A DNA stretch of 64,000 nt from Kofleriaceae bacterium (GTDB lineage Bacteria; Myxococcota_A; Polyangia; Haliangiales; Haliangiaceae): NCBI GenBank assembly GCA_965215005.1, contig CBDCCZ010000049.1, positions 160,001 through 224,000 of the forward strand, written 5' to 3'. The notes beneath the pieces are model-generated. The model had not been told where the DNA came from, ran no database searches, and saw nothing but the letters and a program-made list of their open reading frames with translations. Positions 40,987-49,663 of the stretch are shown piece by piece; the first letter of the stretch is position 1, and each line of letters opens with the position of its first letter. Made by a program: the position numbers and the translations under genes.

Positions 40987-42036
40987 ATGAGCTTAGCGGT
41001 GTGGGATGAGCGGCTTGGTCAACGCGTTGGAGCCGCGTTGCTCGTCGCGATTGGCCTCGCTGGCGGCGCCGTGGTCGTGACCGATGGCTGTCGGCTGCGG
41101 CCCTCGTATCGCGCAACGGTGTTTTTTGAGCACACCCCGCTCGTGGAAGACAGCGAGGTGCAGGTGGCCGGGCGAGTGGTCGGCTGGGTAGAAGGGATTC
41201 GACTGATCTCGCCACGGACGGCCACAGGCGACCATCCGTTAGCACCCACTGGCGGCGTCGCCGTCGACCTGCGCATCGAGCGCCGATATCGCGCCATGCT
41301 CGCTGCCAATGGCGACTATTTCATCAACGCCAAAGGGCTGCTCGGCAAGCCCTACCTCGAGGCAGGCCCGCCACCCGACGACGCCGCCTGGGCAGGATTA
41401 TTGGCTCCCGACTCTCACCTGCGCGGCATCGATCCGCCCACCGTCGATCGCGTGCTCAACCGCAGCTACGAGAATTTGGTCAATGCCGCGGTGTTTTTGA
41501 CAGTGGTGCGGCCACCCGCGCGAGCGCTGCGCGACGAGGTGCTGCAGCTGGCGGATACGCTAGAGAGCCTCGAGCCCGGGTCCGGCGTGTTTGCCGAAAC
41601 AGCCGCGTCGTTTCGCGCCCCGGTCGCCGAAGCGAGCGCGCTGCGCGGCGTGCTCGATGCCGCCGACGTGGACAGCGCGCGCCTCCGCGACCTAGTTGGT
41701 CGGGCGCGGCAGCTTGCGAGCCGCGGTAATCAGGCGCTGGCGGAGCTTCGCGCTAGGGTCGCGGAGCTGCAGCAGAACTTGACGACCATCGAGTCAAAGC
41801 TACCGGCGGCGGCCCTGACGCGAGCGCGGCAGTCCCTTGCGGGGCTCGATGAGCAGCTCACGCGGCTGCAGCGCATCGCGGCCACTGCCAAAGAGCTCGC
41901 GGCCATGGTCGAGGCCGGAGAAGGAACGGTCGGTGCCCTGCTTCACGACCCGGAGTTCTCCGACGACACCAAAGCGCTGGGTAAATACATCAAGCGCCAT
42001 CCGTGGACGCTGCTCGGGCTCCGTCGCAACGATTGA
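40987..42036 (+). CDS. Second MlaD/MCE family protein
   Basis: SEVQVAGRVVGWV, GLLGKPYLE, GEGTVGALL...IKRHPW. Confidence 0.85.
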   Translation: MSLAVWDERLGQRVGAALLVAIGLAGGAVVVTDGCRLRPSYRATVFFEHTPLVEDSEVQVAGRVVGWVEGIRLISPRTATGDHPLAPTGGVAVDLRIERRYRAMLAANGDYFINAKGLLGKPYLEAGPPPDDAAWAGLLAPDSHLRGIDPPTVDRVLNRSYENLVNAAVFLTVVRPPARALRDEVLQLADTLESLEPGSGVFAETAASFRAPVAEASALRGVLDAADVDSARLRDLVGRARQLASRGNQALAELRARVAELQQNLTTIESKLPAAALTRARQSLAGLDEQLTRLQRIAATAKELAAMVEAGEGTVGALLHDPEFSDDTKALGKYIKRHPWTLLGLRRND

Positions 42037-42098
42037 GCTGTCGTCGTCGCCGGCGCCGGTGCGCCAAGCACAAGGGACAGCGCGCGCTCGCGAGTGGC

Positions 42099-42479
42099 TC
42101 ACAAGGAGCCGAGCGGCATCGGTTCGGGCGCGGCATCCGGCATCGGCGCGGCATCCGGCATTGGCGCAGCATCCGGCATCGGCGCGGCATCCGGCATCGG
42201 CGCGGCATCCGGCATTGGCGCAGCATCCGGCGTGGGCGCGGGCGCGGCATCGGGCGCTCGGCTCGCCGCGTCGACGTCGAGTCCCGCAGCGTCCACGATG
42301 GCTGCGCCGCCGGACTGGCTGCCGGAACAAACCGCTGGCGACTGGCCAACATCGCAAGTGAGACCGGCCGCGCATTCGGAGGTGCCGTAGCACTCTTGCC
42401 CCGCCGCTTTCAAAGCATCGCCTGCGCATGCAGCCGATGCCAACAACACAGCCGCAGCGACCCAATGCACACCCGTCAT
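42099..42479 (-). CDS. Small Cys-rich lipoprotein with PDAAPM repeat tail
   Basis: LLASAAC lipobox; CYGTSECAAGLTC...C; repeated PDAAPM. Confidence 0.75.
   Translation of the reverse strand: MTGVHWVAAAVLLASAACAGDALKAAGQECYGTSECAAGLTCDVGQSPAVCSGSQSGGAAIVDAAGLDVDAASRAPDAAPAPTPDAAPMPDAAPMPDAAPMPDAAPMPDAAPMPDAAPEPMPLGSL
42116..42255 (-). repeat. 18-bp tandem repeat encoding (PDAAPM)n, about 6 units
   Basis: GGCATCGGCGCGGCATCC and GGCATTGGCGCAGCATCC variants on the + strand. Confidence 0.9.
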
Positions 42480-42720
42480 CGCATTCACTGTAGCGCAGCG
42501 AACCTCGCTACCCAACGCCGCTTTTGCCGGCGCACCGTCACGACATCCGCTCCGCCGCACGCACCTTCGCCCTCATGCCTTACCGTGATCTGGAGCTCGG
42601 AAGCGCCCGAATGGCGAGACGCGCATTCGGGCGCCTAGTGACGCTGCGCAGCCGATGCGCAACATCGCCAGCCGGAGGGCAAAGGGCGTTAACAACGGGC
42701 CATCGAGTGCGCGCAGCGCG

Positions 42721-44505
42721 CTAACGGAACACGAACGGATAGGTAAACGAGCGGCCTTGTTGAGTCTTGGGAAAGCTCGCCCGCTTCACCGCAGAGGCCA
42801 CGCAGCCACCGAGCGACGGACTCGGGCTCGACTGCACGTCGACATTGTCGACGCGACCGTTGCCGCCTACCTTGATCGACAGCTTCACCTGCCCTTTGCC
42901 ATCGTGCTTGTCGCCGCACGAGCCGACTGCTCCGCGGACCTTGTTCATGCCGTTGGTGATGTCGTTGCGGCTCAGGGTTTCGGGCAAGTCTGCATTGCCG
43001 CTGCTCTTGGAGCCGCCGCTCGACTTGCTACCGCCACCGCTCGAGCTCGCGCCTTTGTACTTCGAGCAGCACGCGGGCGGATTGTCGGCGAGCAGGCAAC
43101 CAACCTCATCGAGGCACTTGCCACTTCCGCCAGAGGCTTGCGCTGGCTTGCTCTCTTCGGGTTTCTCATCGCGCGCGCTCTTGCTGGGCTCCGGGCTGCG
43201 ATCTCGCGACCGATCGCGCTTGGAGTCGCGCTTGCTCTCGCGACGCGAATCCTCGTTGCGGTCCGGTTCGGCAGCCGCGACCGCGGCCTCCTCGGGCGGC
43301 TCAGCCGGTTCAGGTTCCTCGTCCTCAAGCTCCGCCGCCTCGGCCGGCACCACGGCGGCGGCACCGGCCGCAGGCTCGACCTCCACAGGCGCGGCCGGAT
43401 CGGCAGCAGCAACCACGGGGGCGTTGTCGTTGTCGCCGCCTTTGACCACAACCACCACCAGCAGCGCAGCGGCGATCACCAACACCCCAATCACCCCGAG
43501 CAGTGCGTACAGGGTTTTGTTCGCCCCGCTGGTCGCGCTGGTCGGCAGTAACACCGCCGCTGGCTGCTCGAACGACGAGCCGCCAAACACGGGCAAATCA
43601 TCGCCACCACCGACCTCCGCCGCCGTGCCGACGCCTTTTTTGTCGTCGAGATAGGCGTTGGCCATGGAGCGGATGTCGATGAGACCGGAGCCTTCGGTGG
43701 CCGCAGGTCCGGACGCTTGCGGCCCTGCCCCCATCGACGCTGACGGCGTGGGCATTGCTGCCGAGGAGGCCGACGCCGCCTTGGGCGACTCGCTAGCGAG
43801 CGCCGCGAGGTTGTTGAGCGAGAACAAGACCGAGTTCTCGTTGCGCTGTCCGCGCAAGCGGTGCTCCGCTTCGATGCTCAGCGAATCCCCGGCGCCGCCG
43901 GCCGCATGCATCGGATCGGACACGGCGCCGCCCGCCCCCAGACCGCCGCCACCGAAGAGCTCGTTGCCGGCATCGTCCGCGGGCTCGGCGGCCGCCGCAA
44001 ATAGGTCCGCCGGGTCGCTTTGGGCGGTGGCATCGTCGACCGCCGGTCCGCCGAACATGCCCGCCACCGCATCATCTTGAGCCGCCGGAGCTCCAGCGCC
44101 GGACCCCAAGTCGCGAAACGGCTCGATGCTGCTCAGTGCCGCCCAATCGGCGAACCCTTCGCGCCAAATGTAGGTATCGGCGTCGATCTCGCCGCGCGCG
44201 AACCGGGCGCGAACTTCGGCATCGGTCATCGGGCCAACCTGCTCCTGATCGATGACCAGGTGCCACGCCGGCTCGTCCCCGCTCACCGGTGGCTGCTCGC
44301 CCTCGTAACCGCCGTAGTCGAAGACGCGGGTTTCTTTGCCCTCGACTTGCGGCGCCGGCTCTTGCGCATGAGGTTCGTCGCTCGCGTTGCCGCGAACCAC
44401 GATGATGTTGCTGCATTTCTTACAGCGGATCTTGAAGACCTTGCCGCGGACCTTCTCGTCGGCAATCGAGTACTTCGCGCCACAGGCGTCGCAGACGATT
44501 TTCAT
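42721..44505 (-). CDS. Zinc-ribbon + GYF_2 + TM + TonB-like C-terminal protein (GltJ/AgmX-like)
   Basis: CDACGAKY...KIRCKKC; WHLVIDQEQVGP...YIWREGFADW; single TM; C-terminal CVASAVKRASFP...YPFVF. Confidence 0.85.
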   Translation of the reverse strand: MKIVCDACGAKYSIADEKVRGKVFKIRCKKCSNIIVVRGNASDEPHAQEPAPQVEGKETRVFDYGGYEGEQPPVSGDEPAWHLVIDQEQVGPMTDAEVRARFARGEIDADTYIWREGFADWAALSSIEPFRDLGSGAGAPAAQDDAVAGMFGGPAVDDATAQSDPADLFAAAAEPADDAGNELFGGGGLGAGGAVSDPMHAAGGAGDSLSIEAEHRLRGQRNENSVLFSLNNLAALASESPKAASASSAAMPTPSASMGAGPQASGPAATEGSGLIDIRSMANAYLDDKKGVGTAAEVGGGDDLPVFGGSSFEQPAAVLLPTSATSGANKTLYALLGVIGVLVIAAALLVVVVVKGGDNDNAPVVAAADPAAPVEVEPAAGAAAVVPAEAAELEDEEPEPAEPPEEAAVAAAEPDRNEDSRRESKRDSKRDRSRDRSPEPSKSARDEKPEESKPAQASGGSGKCLDEVGCLLADNPPACCSKYKGASSSGGGSKSSGGSKSSGNADLPETLSRNDITNGMNKVRGAVGSCGDKHDGKGQVKLSIKVGGNGRVDNVDVQSSPSPSLGGCVASAVKRASFPKTQQGRSFTYPFVFR

Positions 44506-44685
44506 TGGCGTTCCTTGATTCCCCCTGGTCGGGGCGCTCGCGCCCCAACCGACGCGAGTATAAAAACGATAGTCATTCTGTTCAACTAGCCCTTAGAACC
44601 CAGAAGCGACTCCAGGCTTGGCTTTTTTTTGCTCCCGAATGCTCCACCGACCCAAACGCCCCGCATGTGGTCTAAAATCCGACCC

Positions 44686-45045
44686 ATGACCGAGCCGAAA
44701 ACCCACCGCGGCAGCTGCCACTGCGGCCGCATGACGTTCGAGACCAGCGCCGACCTGAGCACCGGGCTGATCTCCTGCAACTGTTCCATTTGCGCCCGCA
44801 CGGGCGCCATCATGGCGTTCTTGCCCACCGACCAGATCACCCTCGGCGCCGAAGACGAAATCACCGATTACCAGTTCGGCAAGAAGGCGATCCACCACTT
44901 GTTTTGCTCGGTATGTGGCGTGCGCGCGTACGGCCGCGGCACCGCTCCCGACGGTACCACGATGTACATGATCAACCTGCGCTGCATCGATGAGCTCGAT
45001 CACCAAGCACTGGAAGTCACCCGCTACGACGGCCGCTCGCTCTAG
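44686..45045 (+). CDS. GFA / CENP-V family protein
   Basis: GSCHCG, CNCSIC, HLFCSVCG. Confidence 0.93.
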   Translation: MTEPKTHRGSCHCGRMTFETSADLSTGLISCNCSICARTGAIMAFLPTDQITLGAEDEITDYQFGKKAIHHLFCSVCGVRAYGRGTAPDGTTMYMINLRCIDELDHQALEVTRYDGRSL

Positions 45046-45107
45046 CGCCAGAAATCCGGCTCGGGTGCTAGGGCCAGAATCCTGGCTTCGGCACCCGGGC
45101 GCGCGGC

Positions 45108-46409
45108 TCAGTCGCGGAAGGGGTCACGCAAGCGGATGGTCTGGTTGCGATCGGGACCGACGGAGATGAGATAAAACGGCACCCCAGTATGCTGGGTAAT
45201 CGCGTCGACGTAGGCGCGGGCATTGCTCGGCAGATCGGCGAGCTCGCGGGCGCCGCTGAGGTCTTCGCTCCACCCCGGCCAGGTCGCGTAGATTGGCTCG
45301 ACGCGGGCGATGTCGTCGGGGTCGTAGGGCATCTCGTCGAGCTCCTTGCCATCGAGGCGATAGCCGACACAGGCGGAGACTTCACCGCGACCGCCGAGGA
45401 CGTCGAGCTTGGTGAGCGCTAGGCCGTGCATGCCGTTGACTCGGATCGCCAGCCGCAACGCCGGAAGATCCAGCCAGCCGCAGCGGCGCGGGCGACCGGT
45501 GGTGGCGCCAAACTCAGCACCAGCTTCACGCAAGCTCGCGCCTTCGGCGCCGCCGAGCTCCGTGGGAAACGGTCCGGCACCAACGCGGGTGGCGTAGGCC
45601 TTGGTGATGCCGATGACTCGATCGAGGTGCGAGGGGCCGATGCCCGTGCCCTGAGCAGCGCCCGCGGCCACCGTCGACGAGGAGGTCACGAACGGATACG
45701 TGCCGTGGTCGATGTCCAACAGGGCGCCCTGCGCGCCTTCAAACAAGACCTTCTCACCCGCGGCGAGAGACTCGGCGAGATAGACGCCTACCTGGCCGAA
45801 GTAGCGCGACAATGCGGCGCCGGCCCGCGCTGCATCGTCGACCACACGCGCTTCGTCGTCACTATCCGGCACCCGCCCACCGTAATGCGCGATCAGCGGC
45901 CGCAGCTCGGCAAGGTTTTGCGCCACCAGCGACGCCAGCCGGTCACGGCGCAGCAAGTCGCGCATGCGCACGCCCCGCCGCCCCGCCTTGGCCTCATACG
46001 CGGGGCCAATACCGCGACGCGTGGTTCCCAGCGCCGCGTCGGACGCAGCCTCTTCGCGCAGCGTCTCGATCCACTTGTGGTAGGGCAGAATGACGTGGGC
46101 GTTCTCGCTCACCAGCAACTCGTCGCTGGCCAGTAGACCGCGCGCTTTACAGGCTGCAATTTCCTCGAGCAGCGTCTGCGGATCGATCACCACGCCCGCG
46201 CCAAGAACGCAGCGCTTGCCGGGATGCAGCACGCCCGAAGGAATCAGGTGCGTGACCAGCTTCTGGCCGTCAATCACCAAGGTGTGGCCCGCGTTGGCGC
46301 CGCCACCGTAGCGGACCACGGCATCGGCGGCCTCGGTGTAGAGGTCGACGACTTTGCCCTTGCCTTCGTCGCCCCATTGGGCGCCTACGACCACGACTGC
46401 GCTCATCAT
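45108..46409 (-). CDS. purA: Adenylosuccinate synthetase
   Basis: GAQWGDEGKGK, GGANAGHT, EFGATTGRPRRCGWLD. Confidence 0.99.
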   Translation of the reverse strand: MMSAVVVVGAQWGDEGKGKVVDLYTEAADAVVRYGGGANAGHTLVIDGQKLVTHLIPSGVLHPGKRCVLGAGVVIDPQTLLEEIAACKARGLLASDELLVSENAHVILPYHKWIETLREEAASDAALGTTRRGIGPAYEAKAGRRGVRMRDLLRRDRLASLVAQNLAELRPLIAHYGGRVPDSDDEARVVDDAARAGAALSRYFGQVGVYLAESLAAGEKVLFEGAQGALLDIDHGTYPFVTSSSTVAAGAAQGTGIGPSHLDRVIGITKAYATRVGAGPFPTELGGAEGASLREAGAEFGATTGRPRRCGWLDLPALRLAIRVNGMHGLALTKLDVLGGRGEVSACVGYRLDGKELDEMPYDPDDIARVEPIYATWPGWSEDLSGARELADLPSNARAYVDAITQHTGVPFYLISVGPDRNQTIRLRDPFRD

Positions 46410-47755
46410 GCTCTCCTTGCCCGGCGCGCCGGCGCAAATCCCAGCGCGCGCAAAAGTTCGTCGGCTCGGCCCGCTCTGGCCTGAGCCAGCGCTCGCGCCG
46501 GTACCGCGGAGCCGTGGCCGATGCTCGCCTCGGTCTCGTCGATCGATTCGATCTGAGACGCGTCGTCGGTGAGCACCAGCAAACGGGTGAATCCAACGCC
46601 GGCAGCATAGTCGCGCAGCGCCGCACGTGACTGCCGCGGCGCCAGGTCCATCGCGGCCCGCACCCCGCGGGCGCGCAGGGTCGCGGCCAAGCGCGCGGCT
46701 TCACTGCGACGCGCTGCGCTCGCCACCACCAACACCGCATCATCCCACGCCGGTGCTGCCACACCAGCGCTGGCTTGCGCTTGCGCAATGGCTTCGACGT
46801 CGACGGCAAAGCCGGTGGCGCGGGCGTCGCGACCGTACCGGCCGACCAGCTCATCGTAGCGCCCGCCGCGCAGCACCGCTTCGCCCACGCCGGCCGCATA
46901 ACCGGCAAAGCGAAGCCCGGTGTAGTAATCGAAGCCGCGGATTTCGCCGAGGTCCATGGTGATGCCGGCGTGAGACTCGCCGAGCCCCAGCTCGCGACTC
47001 GCTTGCAGCACCTTCTCGACGCTGCGCAGGACCTTGCCGACCTCCGCGGGCACCGGCAGCGCCAGCGCCGCCGCCAGGACCTCGTCGGGCTCGCCAAACA
47101 AGGTGGGCAACGCTTCGAGGACGCGGCACAACCGGGGCTCGAGGCCGCGCGCCGCGCGCACCACGCCGGCACGGTCTTTCTTGCCAAGCGATTCTTCGAG
47201 ATGCTCGCGCTGCTCGCCCGCCGGCACCGCGTCGAGCACCCAACGCGCCAAGGCGACATGACCAACATCGAGCCGCACCTCGTGCACGCCGATGGTGGCG
47301 AGCGCCGCGGCCGCTAGCGACAGGACCTCGGCATCGCCAGCGGGGCTCGGAGCGTCGATGAGCTCGACCCCGGCCTGGAGGATCTCACGTTGGCCGCGGG
47401 CGCCGGCCATGCGAGTCACGGCACCTTCGTAACAGAGCCGCAGCGGACCACCGGTATCGTGCATGCGGGTGGCCGCGACCCGCGCGATCTGCGGCGTGAT
47501 GTCGGGCCGCAGCGCGACGATGTCGCCAGTGCCGGGCTCGACGAAGCGGATCGCCGCGGCGCGCGCGTCGGCGCCAAGTCCGCGCTCGAGGACATCCGCG
47601 CATTCAAAGACTGGGGTGATGATGCGCGCATACCCCCACGCTTCGAACTCTTCGATGAGCCGCCCGGCGATGGCACGACGACGCGCGGCAGCGCGCGGGA
47701 GAAAATCGCGCACGCCAGAGGGCAGACGAATCGCAGGCGTCGGGGGCAAGGACAT
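46406..47755 (-). CDS. hisZ: ATP phosphoribosyltransferase regulatory subunit
   Basis: PSGVRDFLP, ALRPDITPQIAR, QAGVELI, YYTG, GGRYDEL; hisZ-purA synteny. Confidence 0.92.
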   Translation of the reverse strand: MSLPPTPAIRLPSGVRDFLPRAAARRRAIAGRLIEEFEAWGYARIITPVFECADVLERGLGADARAAAIRFVEPGTGDIVALRPDITPQIARVAATRMHDTGGPLRLCYEGAVTRMAGARGQREILQAGVELIDAPSPAGDAEVLSLAAAALATIGVHEVRLDVGHVALARWVLDAVPAGEQREHLEESLGKKDRAGVVRAARGLEPRLCRVLEALPTLFGEPDEVLAAALALPVPAEVGKVLRSVEKVLQASRELGLGESHAGITMDLGEIRGFDYYTGLRFAGYAAGVGEAVLRGGRYDELVGRYGRDARATGFAVDVEAIAQAQASAGVAAPAWDDAVLVVASAARRSEAARLAATLRARGVRAAMDLAPRQSRAALRDYAAGVGFTRLLVLTDDASQIESIDETEASIGHGSAVPARALAQARAGRADELLRALGFAPARRARRA

Positions 47756-47826
47756 CGGGGGCACTCTAGCGTAGGTACCGACGAGAAGGGTCGCAGGCGG
47801 GCCCGCGGCGGACCGAGCCGGCGGAT

Positions 47827-48603
47827 TCACAGCGGCGATGGAACATCGACATAGCGAACATCCAGACCGCGGAAGTGCCGCTGGAGCTCCGTTGCGAGCC
47901 GCTTTGGTCCGAAAACCTCGGTGTTGTAGTGACCCGCGGCCACCAACGAGATACCGAGCTCACGCGCGAGCTCACCGGCGCGTTCCGCGAGCTCACCGGT
48001 GACGAACAAATCGCAGCCCGCGCGAGCCGCGTCTTCCAGGAGATCGGCAGCCGCACCGGTACAGACCCCAACCTTGCGCACCTCGGCCGGACCGTAGGGA
48101 AAGACGAAGGCCGGCGCGCTGCCATTGCAGACGCCCAAGCCGACGCGTTCTATCGCCTCGGCGCGACGTATCGGCTGCGACCAGCTGCCCGCCCAGCCAA
48201 GCTCGATCCCTTTGACATTGCCAAAGGTATGCCGCGCAGGACCAAGGCCGAGCGCATCGCACAGGCCGACGTTGTTGCCGAGTCGCGGGTGCGCATCGAG
48301 CGGCAAGTGGTACGCGGCCAGCGACATGCCGTGGCTCATGAGCGCCGCAATGCGTCGCGCGCTCACCCCGGTGATCGAGGTCAGACCAGAGCCCCAAATC
48401 AGCCCGTGATGGACCACCAGGAGGTCCGCCGACTGCGCGATGGCGCGCTCGATGAGCGCACCGCTCACGGACACCGCGGTGATCACTCGCTCGACCGGCG
48501 CTCGACCCTCTACCTGGAGCCCATTGGTGCCGTAATCGCGAAACGAAGCGATTGCAAGCGTATCGTCCAGATGCGCGAGGACCTCCGCGAGAGCGACGGT
48601 CAC
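47827..48603 (-). CDS. Nif3-like dinuclear metal center protein (YbgI family)
   Basis: NGLQVEG, VHHG, YHLPLDAH...GNN, AAGHYNTE. Confidence 0.95.
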   Translation of the reverse strand: MTVALAEVLAHLDDTLAIASFRDYGTNGLQVEGRAPVERVITAVSVSGALIERAIAQSADLLVVHHGLIWGSGLTSITGVSARRIAALMSHGMSLAAYHLPLDAHPRLGNNVGLCDALGLGPARHTFGNVKGIELGWAGSWSQPIRRAEAIERVGLGVCNGSAPAFVFPYGPAEVRKVGVCTGAAADLLEDAARAGCDLFVTGELAERAGELARELGISLVAAGHYNTEVFGPKRLATELQRHFRGLDVRYVDVPSPL

Positions 48604-48703
48604 GCTGGCGACCTTACGGGCATATCGGCCGGTTTTCGCAAGATCGCTCTAGCCTGTCAAGACGATGGTTGGCCCGCGACAGACGCTGCGCAAAGGGCCA
48701 TTT

Positions 48704-49663
48704 TCACGGCTGCTCGGTCGCCTCGGGACTTCCGACGGCGGCGCTGCCGTCGTTTGCGGGAGCCAAGCGATCGCGAAACGCTATCAGCCCGCGCGCCATC
48801 ACCGCCAAGAATCCCTGCGCCATGTCGACGTTGTCCTCCAGCACGTCGACGAGAGTCTCCTGATCGAGCTCGATGGCAACCACGTCGGTCTCGCAGCGGG
48901 CGGTGTACCAGCGCTGCTCTCCAGCGAGCGAATCGAGGCCGCCAACGCCACTGCCGGGCCCAAAGCGTATCTCCTGCGCTTCGTTCCGGCCGAGAATGAC
49001 GCCGCTCACGATGCTCAGAAACCTCTCTGAGCGCTCCCCCTGCTGCCACAGCAGCGTTCCCGCCGGCGCGCGCCGCACCGTCGCCGCGCTGGCGAGCTCA
49101 GCGATGGCTTCGATGCGGGCGCCCGCGAAGTTGAAGCTCTGCCGCAGGTGCTCGAGCCGCTCGACTAGGGTGAGCTCACCGAGCACCGGCGTGCGCTCTG
49201 GGATGGTGGGGTCAAAGCCCGCGTGCGGCCCGGCGTTCTTGCGCACCGTGATGAGCTGCCGCGCCACCGCGCGCAGAACTCCCAGCAGCATGTCGAAGTT
49301 GTCTTCGTAGACCTCGGCGAGGTCGCCGCTCGAGGCGCGCAGCCCGTGAACATCCTCGAGCGCGACCGCCTGCTGCCCGTCGCTGATTCGCGCCATGCTC
49401 GCCAAGCCGCCAATCACAGAGCGCCCTGCCAGCGTCGCCACCACCCGCCCCTGGCGCCGCAGCTCCACCACCCCTTGCAAGACGTAGTGAACCGTCGTGA
49501 CCTGCTCGCCTTCGGCATAGATCTCGGTACCGGCCGGATAAAACACATCCACGGTGTGCTCAGCAAGCGAGGCGATGGTCTCGGGCGCGGTGCCCTCGAG
49601 CGCTTCGAAGCCCTTGAGAAGCGCTATCTTCTCGAGCAAGTGGCGCGCCGGCTCAGGTGGCAT
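48704..49663 (-). CDS. Tandem cyclic-nucleotide-binding domain protein
   Basis: Two cNMP-like domains (IYAEGE...YVLQGVV; LWQQGE...IVSGVI); start uncertain. Confidence 0.85.
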   Translation of the reverse strand: MPPEPARHLLEKIALLKGFEALEGTAPETIASLAEHTVDVFYPAGTEIYAEGEQVTTVHYVLQGVVELRRQGRVVATLAGRSVIGGLASMARISDGQQAVALEDVHGLRASSGDLAEVYEDNFDMLLGVLRAVARQLITVRKNAGPHAGFDPTIPERTPVLGELTLVERLEHLRQSFNFAGARIEAIAELASAATVRRAPAGTLLWQQGERSERFLSIVSGVILGRNEAQEIRFGPGSGVGGLDSLAGEQRWYTARCETDVVAIELDQETLVDVLEDNVDMAQGFLAVMARGLIAFRDRLAPANDGSAAVGSPEATEQP

